A DNA stretch of 64,000 bases, from contig DF237089.1 in the NCBI GenBank assembly GCA_000708835.1, forward strand, positions 62,001-126,000, written 5' to 3'. This DNA is from Klebsormidium nitens (taxonomy: Eukaryota > Plantae > Klebsormidiophyceae). The notes beneath the pieces were generated by a model that had not been told where the DNA came from, searched no databases, and saw nothing but the letters and a program-made list of their open reading frames with translations. Both the position numbers and the translations under genes were made by a program. Of the stretch, positions 53,653 through 64,000 are shown in pieces; within the stretch, counting starts at the first letter, position 1, and the number at the start of each line of letters is the position of its first letter.

Positions 53653-56600
53653 CTAGCGCGCATGAGATGCGTGGGCATCAAACACGAACCCCTCCGCCTC
53701 TTCAACCGCAACGATTCTGTCGTCGGAAATTTCCGCCTTCTCGTCTTCCGGCTCCTCAAACGACACGCGTCTCTGCCGACCGCTCACCCTCCGGACATAA
53801 TTCCCCCCCGGGGGCAAAGAATGATTCAGCCGCTTCCAAACCGAGTCCATCGATTCGGTAGTTTCACCCGGTTTGTTTCGGGGCGATCCTTCCTCGGGAC
53901 TCGGATTTACGCCCGGCGGATGCCCAACCGCAAAATGGACAGTCCGCGACCTTCCTAAATCGCCGCTGGTTCGTTCCAGTAATCCGGCCACGTCGCTCGT
54001 CCCCCGGGCGAGCCCCCGGGCGGGTCTTTCCCCCGGGAGCAGTTCCGCAGAGCTTCGCAAGCTTTTCAGCAGCCCCGACGCCTCGCTCTGCGCGCGCGCG
54101 GGCCCGCCGCGCGCGACCGACGACACGCTGCTCATCAGGAACGCCGACGCGCCCAGCTGTTTCGGGGGGGCACTGAGCGCGGTCTGGATGCCCCCCGGAC
54201 GGAGTGAGCGGCCAAAAGCCCCGGCCGAGACGTCATTTTCGGCCCGGAGCATGGGGGAGTTCATCGGGGTGAGGGGCATCAACCCCTGCTTGCGCAGCCG
54301 GATGCGGGTCACAATCCCCCGAGCATGGGCCTGGGGAAAACAAGGTTAGGGGTAAGTTTACGTGAAACGAAGCTCCGAATTTCGAAACCGCAGCGGAATA
54401 AGCGGGTTTGTGGTTGTTCTAGTCTGCAAATTTTGGGTCTTGAAAGCTCGCAGGTGAGCTCGTTTTCAATCAATGGGCCCTTTTCTCTTTGATGTCGGTG
54501 CATACACGTGTTGTCGACAACGGGAGGGGTTGAGAAAGGCCGAATTATTCCTAGGCTCTCCTATTTGAACCCATCAGCCTTCATTTCGTGATTAAAACAA
54601 ACTTAAACGGGCAATTTGTGAGATTCCGAGTGGGTCGGACGCAACTCATGAAGACTTCACGATGATGTAAGTGCCGACTGACGTCAGCCCTCAAACATCG
54701 TCTCAAGTCCGGCCCTCACCTATAGGTCTCGATTTCATGTTGACTAGGCGTACGTTGACTAAATGAAAGCCCCCTATGGACGGGTAGGGCCTGGGGGTTA
54801 GGGTGGGTACGGGTGCGGAGCGGGTGTCATTTATCGGTTTAGGTTTTTAGGTTTGTTCGTTCCCCGAGCACTATCCTTAGTCAACATGCGCTTGGTCAAC
54901 ATGAAATCGAGAAGTATCCCTCACCTGGATGGTCATGGCCGCAATGGCCTTGGAGACGGACATGGTCTTCATGATCTTGGCCGGGTCATGGTTCTTCTTC
55001 TTCTCCAGCGCCTGCAGCCTTTTGGGCAGCGCGTTGAAGAACTTGCGCCGTGGGGACTGCAGCTTGTTGTGCAACAGACGGCGCAGACGCTTCTCCGCTT
55101 GGTACTGCACAGGGGAAGCACATACGCATGTTTTGAAGGCTCTTACAACCAATCCCATCCACTTGCAAGCAGGCGTATCGACTTCGCTTGATCAGAGGAA
55201 AATCCTTCAGTCTAACGAGACATCGGAATTTATCAAAGCGGGAACCGTAAAAGGCCGCTGCACCTCTGTGAATCTTAAGGAATCTGATGGACATTCGAGA
55301 GCGTGTGGAAAGTAGATAAAGAGAAAACAGCGCTTCGTCCAAGAGATGACTCGCTTTGAGTCGGCTCAACTTAACGACTTGAACGCCTTCTATGAAACCG
55401 AAGCACTTTCTAATATCTCTCACCCGGTATCTAAGTAGGTGGTTATCGACTTTCGCACTGGTGGAGAACGAAAAAGGGGTGCACTCACGTTCTTACAGAA
55501 ATTAAAAACTGCCAGAAAGATGTTCGTGGAATCAGAAGCCAAGCAACGGTGCAGTGACTGGTCCGCAAGAAATAGTTGGCAACACCAAGGGCGCCACATC
55601 TGCGCTGTGATCTGTTCCCCGCCCGCTCACCTCGCACCACTGCGTGTTGAAAATGCTGGCCCCCAGCCTCTTGCTGTTCGCCGCCACAAACGCGATCGTC
55701 ACCAGCGAATGCAGCACCAGATCGTACGGCACCCCGCGGCTGAAGATGGGAATGTTCATTTTGCTCGCGAGCGGCAGGACCGCGCTCGGGCTCGGGCGCA
55801 GCGCGTTCTCGTCCGCGCGTTTCACCCCGAGGGGTTCCCCCAGGTCCGTCAGCAGCAGGTACAACTGCTCGGGGGTGATCCAACCGGTCGCGGTCGGGTC
55901 GTGCCGCGTCCACACCGCGTCGAACTTGCGGAGGACCACAGTGTTCACCACCCGGGAGTCCTGCGGGCGTCGGCCGAAACAAAGCTGGATCCCAAAAAGT
56001 GCCGATCTCGCAACAGCGCGGCGAAACGGTTAAAAGTGGATTATCTGGTTCATCTGGTTCACCTGTGTTTTCCTGAAACGTTCTCTCTCGTGCAAAAACG
56101 GCTAGTATTAGACAGCAAGATGATCACCAAAGATTGTGCGATTGGTCTGAACACTCTTCGCTCAGATGTGGATATTTCTTATACGACAGATATTTCCGGA
56201 AAAGGTTTTGCCAGGGACATGTAGCACAAGGCACGAACCTTGACCGCCAATCTGGCGCCAGACAACGACGATGCACGTCGAATAGACAGCGGGTTTGAAC
56301 AGAGTGAGGGAAACAAGGAAACGGGTCGCGATCCGCGCGCGCGCACCTCGTCCTCGACCTCGCTGAAGGCCTCGATGATGATGGCGATCACTAGGTTGAG
56401 CAGCACGAACTGGCCCAGCACCACGAACGTCACGAAGAACGGCACGGCCAGCCACGTGACGACCATGCAGTCGTGCATGATGAAGTTCCAGTTCTCGCCC
56501 GTCAGCATCTTGAACATCACCAGCAGGCTGTACGGGAACGTCGTGAAGTTGATGAGTGACGTCATGGACTCCAGCGGCCCGTCGGGCGGCACGTGGCCGA

Positions 56601-59600
56601 AGAGCGCAACGCCGAAGATGGCGAAGATGTACAGCTGGAGCAGGAGCAGGCTGCCGACGGAGTACAGGTTGGGCAGCGCGGACACCAGCGACTTGAGCAG
56701 CTTGTTCAACCCGTGGTGCGTCCTGCGCAGGGGGAATACAAGACGCTTTTCAGGACTGGGTTGTCAGAATTGAGCTTTCAAGGTCGAGTTTCAGGATCGA
56801 TTTTCAGGACTAGGTTTGCAGATGGCTATTCAGGATTGAGTTCCAGGCTTGGGTTCTCAGGATTGCGTTTCCAGGGGTGGGTTTTCAAAAGCTTGAGCAG
56901 GTGGTCGGACTCTGTGGCCTTTTCTTGAGGTTCTTAGGTCTCTTGAGGTTCTTAGGTCGCTTTCTGGCCTGGGGAAGCGGCGAAGGAGTGAAAGAGGGCA
57001 GAGAGCAAAGAATCACTTGCAGAGGAAGCTCGGGTCTGAGTCCAATTGTTGTTGTGATTATACGGTCAGCTTTGAAGCCACCAAGTGTGTGTCATTCATA
57101 TCTCTAATTTGATCCGTTTGCGTTAAAAGGAACACCTGCAAACAGTCTGCTTTTGCTTTGATCGGTCAAGGCGTCAAGCCTTTCGGGGTCGAGCCACTCG
57201 GCAATCCTTCAAGATGCTACTGATAAAAGGTTTCCAGCAATTCAAATGACAGCGGCGGCAGTAGTAAATGCGGGAACATCAATAGGCAGAATTCCAGAGG
57301 GTTCACAGCGCCCGTGCCGGTTTGAAATTTTGCACAAATTGAATCGTCTCGCGGCGGCTTGCCTGGCCAGCTTGAGCATTCTGAGCACCCGGAAGCACCG
57401 CACGAGCGGCGCGCCCGGCCGCGCGCCCATGGCCTCCCCGGTGAAGGTCATGACTAGAATCACCAGGTCAAATAAGTTCCACCGGTGCTGGAAAAACTGG
57501 CGGACGCCCAACCCGAGCAGTTTCGCGGCGACCTCCGCCGAGAACACCCCCGCGAAGATCCAGCCGGAGTACCGCGCGAGCGCGCGCGTGCGCGCGCCGG
57601 GGGGCACCTCTTGCGTGCACAGGATGACCAGGTTCAGCGCAATCGCGGCCGCGAACGCGCGGTCGAAGTACGGGTGCTGGACCAGGTTGAAGAAGGACGC
57701 GCGCAGCGCGCGCGCGGGGGAGCGCTTCGCGGGCGGGCGCAGCGCGGCGTGCGAGCGCATTTTCTCGATGGCCTTTTGGGTCTCGACCCACTCTTGCTGC
57801 ATGGGGGTGAGGCCCTCGATCTCTTTGTCCTTCTTAATGTTGCCGAAGCTCTCGATGACGATACCTGCGTAGGAAGGGGCTCCAGAGATCAGGAAGCTGG
57901 GCTGACGGTGGCAAGCTGCAAAGATGGTAACGGGAAGACAGATACTCCTGCGTTGTGAGCGCTTGCCTGTACCACCAGACCCATGATTGGCAAAGCGGAA
58001 ACATTTCTTGGGCGGGGAAAGATCCAAAAAAACGTCACCACAGCCACATAACAGCTGTGCTTGACATAAGCGTAATAAAAGCAAACGATTCGGGGTCGTA
58101 GTTGACTCTGAAGCAACCATTCTAAGTTCCGTTCTGCATACGAAGCGTTGTAAAGATATCCGATTGGGCTGCGTCCGCTCACCTACGAAGAGGTTGATGA
58201 GGAAGAGCGAGCCGATGGCGATGAATGCGATAAAGAAGAGCGACGCGTAGGGCCGGTAGTTGAGGATCGGCGCGTGGTCGATGGCCACGCTGTCCATTCC
58301 CGGGTACATCAGGTAGTTGGCATTCTCCGTCGTGCTCAGCTCGAAAAGAGTCAAAGCAGAAGCGCCCAGGTTGTCAAACGTGTAGGGCACCGAATTGACC
58401 CACCTGGATCCGAGCAACGGGGAAATCAACGTTCAACCAATTTCGACTTGTCAGCTTTAGAGCTTTGTGAGTCTGTTTGCACGGATCTGGAGGGAAGTCG
58501 GATCAGCTTCTCGAAAGGAACAGGGATTGGATCTCGATCACTCGGAACAAACATCTGATGAGGACAATGAGACGGTTTTCAAAAGCCTTTAGTCATCATA
58601 AGGCAGGAGTTGGTAAGAAGAACAAGGTATCAATGGCTTACACGCTAAGATCAACACGGTGGCAACGCTTACACGCCCAAGCATATAGGAAACTGACAAT
58701 CAAGATGACCGGCATGAAAACAGTCGGGATCTTCAGATGTTCTTTGAAAAGCTGAGAGCGACCCTGTCGAGATCACGACGCGAGATTGAATGATTGAGAG
58801 GCACTCAAAATCTGGTGTGACGTCAGCGGGCTTACTCGCGCGTTTTATTGTACGCGTCCACGCCCGCGCAGTCCGCGCGCAGTTGGACGTCCGGGTCGGT
58901 GCACATGGAAAAGGCGCCGCCGAAGATCTGGACCCCCAGCGTGGCGAACACCAAAAAGATGACGGCGCCAATCATTACCACGCTCGTGCTCGCGCGGAAC
59001 GCGCCCAGCAGGGCCGCGGCCACCATCTGCAGCCACGTGGAGAACCTTATCAGCCGAGGGGCGGCTTAACTGATCACCATAGCACTGCGAGACTGGAAAC
59101 GCGAGGAGCTGAAGCCGTCGTTGAGGTAATTAGAAGCGGCTTGATACTAAGGAGAGGTTGCGGACCGCGAGAAAGACAGGAGAAGCTCCACAGGATTCAT
59201 TCACCAGTACAGGCCTCATTGGAGCTGCCTCAATCTTTCTTGATCTTAACTGATATCTGAAGCTTCATTACTGTGCTTGCAAAACCTCCGACTTGCCAGG
59301 AGACAATGCTTGCAAACTATCCTTGCGTTTCATATTGCAAGGATATGTCTTTCGAGGACCCATGAGGGCCCCTCAGAGCTGAGGATTCCAGGTCCTCTTC
59401 AACAATTGAAACTTGCCCGGTGACCTCTTCTTCGGCGACCACTCACCCTGAGCCCCGGGGCGGTCTGCGCCAGCCTCAGCGCCCGGAAGACTCGGAAGAC
59501 GTGCAGCAGCGGCCACCGGTTCTTCGCCGCGACGCTGATGAGAGTGGTCAACGTACAAAGCGCGTCCAGAACGTTCCAGGGATCCCTCAGATACGCACCC

Positions 59601-62600
59601 GGCTCAAAGAGGACGCCCAACTGCAATTTCAGCGAGGGCTTCAGAGCGGAGGATGGAGCGATTGGTAAACTCAAGCCTGGAGTGCAAATGGTCACCCTAG
59701 GAAAGGCCTTAAGAGGAGGGCAAAATTGAATCCCTAGTAAGACCGAGATGGACCTCTGAGTAGCAGCCAAACTAGGTATCTACCACCGATTGTAGCGTGA
59801 TCTACCGTGAAGCTAGCAGCAGACATAAGAGGACCGGAAGCAAAGCAAAACTTGGAGAAGCCGTCTGCACTGCAGGCTTCCGAGTGAAAGCTTTTTCGAA
59901 GACTAGATGAATGCTCCCTTTTCCTATCATATCCGCTTTCAAAGACCTAACCTTATACCTCAGCGCAGCGCCTCAGCCGTTCCTCGATTGAAAATCAATG
60001 CTGTGAGTTGCAGATCGATCTGAAGGATCCGGGGCCTCTATTTTGATGAAGCATTTGGCAGCTTGCCCCTAAAACTACCAAGAACGACCCGCCTCACCGC
60101 CGTCATCTTGAGCAGCACCTCGGTCGTGAAAAGCGCCGCAAACACAGCGTCCATCAGAACGATCGCCCTCCACTCGCGGCCGCCCTCGCGCATGGTCGGC
60201 CGGTCAGCCATCAGGATGAAAGTGCTCACAACCACGACAGCTGGCACCAGCCTCGTGAACCGCTTATCTACAATGAGCTGGTGAATCTTTATCCGGAGGG
60301 GGTGCTGGTCCTTGAGTAGGAAGAAGGCTTTGCTCGACCCCCTGCGGAGAGGGCCCTTCTCCCTGCCACGTGTCGCCTTTCTGGCCAGGATCGTGATGGG
60401 GTCCGAGCGCAGGTGTAAAGAAGGGATGTGGGCGAACGACAGGTGGCGCGCGAGCGACGGTTTCTTCAGCGGCCGCTGATCGATCAGACGGATCAGACTC
60501 TTCCACTGCACTTTCGGTTTCATGAGAGCGGTGATGCTCAGCCTCCGAGTCAGCCTCCGCTTCTCCGTCGCCTTTGTGTGGCCTCCCTTCGCCGGGCGGA
60601 GCATGATGTGCGGCGAAGACGCGCTCCGCTGCAGCGCGCGCGCGCCCTTCCCGTCGGCTGACGTCACCTTCGCTCCCGGCATGTGCAGTCGGGGCAGGTT
60701 GGGAACCGGCAATATTTCCATTTTTGACACTTCGCCTGACGGGGGCGGTGACACCACCTTCTGAAAGGAAACAGTGTTAAGTCCCGCTACGAACCGAGCC
60801 GTCCGCTGCTTCCGTCCCCGAAGGCCCCTCGGAACGGCGGAACTGGGGGGATCCTCGGGAAGATCTCCCGAGCCCGATGATGACGCGGGCTCGTCTGATT
60901 GCGGCGTCACCCGAGAGGAGTTGGGGAAACTTTCGGCGTCCAGGTCAAGGGCGCTGTCAGACTGCCCCGTCAAAAGAGACGACGCAGCACGGGGGGAGAG
61001 CGAGTCGACCCCGTTTTGCCCCTCGGTTGAAAACCCGGGCCCCCCCTTTCGCCCCTTCAAGCGGCTCCCCGCTCGCCACGTGGCGCTGAGGTCCATGGGC
61101 TTCGCCAGGTCGATGCCCAGCTTGGCGCACGCGGCGAGCGCGGCCGCCGATGACGACGTCATGCCTTCCTGCGATGACGTCATCCTTGACTTGCGCCGCT
61201 CGTGGCCGGCCGCGAGCTGCGGCAAAGCGTTCGCGAGCGCGCTCTTGTCTTCCGGCCGGAACCGCGTGTGATTTCCTTTCCGCTCGCTTTTACCTTCTTT
61301 TATGATTCTAGCCAAGTCCCCCGGGTCAAACCGGGCGCTGGCTTGGGGGCTGATGGGAGGGGTGGCGGCCAGAGAATTCAGTCCGGTGTTTAGGGGGGTG
61401 CTTCCGGCGGAATCGAACACTTCAGGGTCGATGGGGAGGCCACGGAGCGAAGCCGACAACGGGAACGCTAGCTGCATCTCATTCTTGACTTTTGATTTCG
61501 CGTCTTTAGCCGCTGCTGACGTCGGACTTGGGGGCTCGGGTGGCGAAAGAAGGTCACGAGCCGCGTCAGCCGCGGCCGGCTTGTGCGCGCTCTGGTCGCG
61601 GATGCGCCGCAGAAACGCGCGCGGAGACAACATGGTCGCGAGGGTTTTGGGGGAGATCGGCTCGCTCACGTCGGCGCTCTTGCCGCGGAGGAGGTTGTTA
61701 GTGGAGCGCATCTTGTGCGCGCGCGCGCGAAAGCGCGCCATCTTCTGCTTGAGGGCCATGCCTGCGGGGTGACATTAGGGTAGTCGGATGAGAAACGATA
61801 AGGTAGCTTTGAGAAAAGGTCAAGGAGTTGCTTGCGACTCAACTATGTTGACGTTGACTTCTCCCTTTAAGTGAGTGAGCTATGAGCCTCTTGTACAAAC
61901 TGAGACCATACGCTTTTCGTTACATTACAGAACGTGAAGGCGACGACTAAGAAGGCACGGGTTATGTGAGCTGCTTTTGTGCTTATACAAGACGAGTTTT
62001 GTGGTCAGCTTTTTAGGAGTCCTGTCTACGGCACTCATCGCGTGACCTTTCCTGTTTCCTGCAGCCAATAACCAGGAGCTTTACCAAACAGTAGGGTTAT
62101 GAGTATCTGACGGTGCGACTACGGATCGCTCTGAAAACTCCCCTGTAAAAAGCCATACTTTCGGGTAGATTGTCCCCAATTCCCTCATCATCAACCATCT
62201 GAGACAGGTTCCTGCGATGCGACATGACGTCATCCTTCAATTTAAAGCCAGCCCATGTTGAAATATTGTGCGGGCGCGCTTACCCGCGGAGAGAAACTTC
62301 TTCCGAAGCTCTCCGCTGAGGAGCTGCTCCCGCTGGGTGTTCTCCTCGAACGACTCGATAAGAATGGCCAGCAGCAGGTTCAGCAGGATCGTTCCGCCGG
62401 CCACGTGTACGAAGATGACGTAGGGCGCCGCCCACCAGCCGATGCCGCGGACCGCGGACGCAAGCACGTCGTTCCAGTTGTAGTTTGCAATCACCTGACA
62501 CGTCGAGCTTTCTAAGCTTTGAGTGCGTGGCCAGTTGTTTTAGCAGACGCTATCTTGAATCACAATGGTTTTGACTTTGTCATGGATCAGTCACGGAGCC

Positions 62601-64000
62601 CTGCTTTCTGACGAAAGGCCCGAACATGGTCTTTACGTGACACCCAAACCCACGGTATTGCAAATGGCAGTAGTTTTCAGATCCGAGCATAATGAAGCAA
62701 ACATGTCGTCTGCTCGGCAGACTCGTATATGTTGATGAGCATAAGACAACTCGTTAGACTGTTTCTCATGGGAAAGAAGGGCAGATTTCTCTGCTTATTT
62801 GCTAACCGAAGAAAGTAAATGGTACACAAATGTAATCCGACAGCTTGTTGGCAAATCGCGGTCATCACCTGGAAGGTGGTAAGGCATGCCCAGAAGAAGT
62901 TGTCGTAATTGGAGCGCGGCTCGCCGTCCGGGAAGCTGAGCTTGCCCGCCAGGATCTGCATCCCCAGCAGCGCGCTAACTAGGATGAAGAGCAGCAGCAG
63001 GAACGCGAACGGGCGCACCGCGCGCAGCGCGCTGAAGACGGACGACAGGAAGATGGCCAGCGACGGCCACTGGCCCGCCAGCTGGAAGACCCGCAAAACG
63101 CGGAACGTGCGCATGGACGCCACGTTGTGGATGACGCGGCCGCTCGTGCCGAAGTCGACGAGCGCCATGACGAACATCGCGCCGTCGAAGGCGGTGAACG
63201 GGTCGCGGCAGAAGGGCACCGGGCCGTGCGCGAGCGCGCGCAGGCTGGTCTCCAGCAGGAACACGATCGTGCACGCCTGCGGGGGAGAGCTTTCTCTTTT
63301 GGTTTGTCATATTGAAAAGAACGGCGTTTCTAAGACAGAAGTCGTGAGCTTCCAGTTCCGGCGTTTTACCCGCTCTGCTCAGAGCAGGTGATTAGAGAGT
63401 GCGGTTGTCTAAAGATCATCTCTTCCGAAAGCTGGTCCGAGCGGCAGAGCCTGAGTTCGCCAAGTCCGGAGACAGAAGAACGCAAAAGGAGCAGCTGAAA
63501 GGCCCAATGGCCTGCTCGGGTGAAAGACTGAATGAGCAAAATTCAGCGGATTTGAGGGAATGTAAATTCGTTGCGATCAAAGCAGGACGTTGAGCACTCA
63601 CGAGGTCAACTCCGTTGATCGCGCTTCGCAGCTTGCGCGGCGCGCCCTCGTAGCGCAGCGCGAGCACCAGCAGATTGAAAACCACCACCAGAATGAAGCC
63701 GATGTCGACTCGCGGCCGCGCTAACGTCACCCGCAAATCCCTCCGCATTCTCCGCCACTTTCTCCGCACCAAGAACAGCCGGTGCCGGATCCGATGCTTC
63801 CACGACACTCGCTCCTCGATTGTTTCGGTCTCCTCTAGTTCGTCCGTTTGCCGGAAGTGGGAGGAGTAGGAGGGGGTCCCGGGAGCAAGTTGGTCGTGCG
63901 CGTTTGCAATCGACTTCGACGACAAGGACTTTTGGCTAGACTTTCGAAAGCGCTGTCGAAAGCTGTCGAAGGCCTGCTTGGGCGAGCGCAGCGCGTTCCA
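53653..64000 (-). CDS. Four-domain voltage-gated cation channel alpha subunit (Nav/Cav/NALCN superfamily), domains II-IV and C-tail; 5' part off the right edge
   Basis: Exons 64000-63602, 63276-62869, 62494-62284, 61761-60098, 59620-59447, 59026-58836, 58403-58183, 57864-57363, 56722-56347, 55960-55631, 55104-54925 and 54330-53653 join in frame. They give three 6TM repeats with S4 helices (MRTFRVLRVF, HVFRVFRALR, VRCFRVLRMLK), pore loops, S6 ends (LLNLLLAILIESF, LINLFVGIVIESF, LLNLVIAIIIEAF), an EF-hand-like WTRHDPTATGWI, and the IQ motif AAMTIQ|AHARGIVTR. Confidence 0.95.
54782..54824 (+). other. Potential G-quadruplex-forming tract in a channel intron
   Basis: GGGTAGGGCCTGGGGGTTAGGGTGGGTACGGGTGCGGAGCGGG contains seven runs of three or more G. 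Confidence 0.4.
56750..56958. repeat. Degenerate 13-14 bp minisatellite (about TTTCAGGAYTGRG x10) plus a perfect 18-bp tandem duplication
   Basis: Units such as TTTCAGGACTGGG, TTTCAGGATCGAT, TTTCAGGACTAGG, TTCAGGATTGAG and TCTCAGGATTGCG between 56750 and about 56890. TCTTGAGGTTCTTAGGTC occurs twice at 56923-56958. Confidence 0.65.

Noticed and set aside
54341-54352. GGTTAGGGG telomere-like motif
   Set aside because: On the transcribed strand it is CCCTAACC, the branch-point consensus just upstream of the acceptor at 54331.
62490-62871. 8-nt direct repeat CAGGTGAT at both ends of the pore-loop intron (introner-like TSD)
   Set aside because: CAG|GT is the common protosplice context, the extra match is only 3 nt, and the intron has no terminal inverted repeats.
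53873-63391. Numerous plus-strand ORFs overlapping channel exons (also over SUVR, CTPA3 and DNAI4 exons)
   Set aside because: Antisense or off-frame shadows expected from GC-rich coding sequence; no independent motifs.

Overview
Intron-rich eukaryotic genomic DNA with GC-rich exons. The mix of plant-type metabolic/organellar genes, flagellar genes and a four-domain voltage-gated channel points to a streptophyte (charophyte) green alga such as Klebsormidium (inference). Ten spliced protein-coding genes were reconstructed by hand from GT/GC-AG boundaries and reading frame: GH1 beta-glucosidase (partial), ACX4 acyl-CoA oxidase, SUVR-type SET H3K9 methyltransferase, COX5b, DCAF11/LEC14B WD40 protein, RUG2-like RCC1 protein (cut by an 874-nt N gap), inner-arm dynein intermediate chain DNAI4/WDR78/IC138, CtpA3 protease, a SHIPPO/STPG PG-repeat protein, and a 4x6TM Nav/Cav-family channel (5' part outside the window). 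The first eight form four head-to-head pairs. A transposon-like patch with inverted repeats lies just upstream of the SET gene. The main leads are: (1) a channel with a non-canonical pore (Tyr at the domain II filter position, Trp-to-Ala in domain III) and charge-poor voltage sensors; (2) an ACX4 that appears to use an N-terminal PTS2 and ends in SRK rather than a PTS1; (3) a SUVR with two tandem WIYLD-like modules, each split by a homologous phase-0 intron. No rRNA, tRNA or CRISPR array could be supported. All gene models are manual predictions without transcript evidence.
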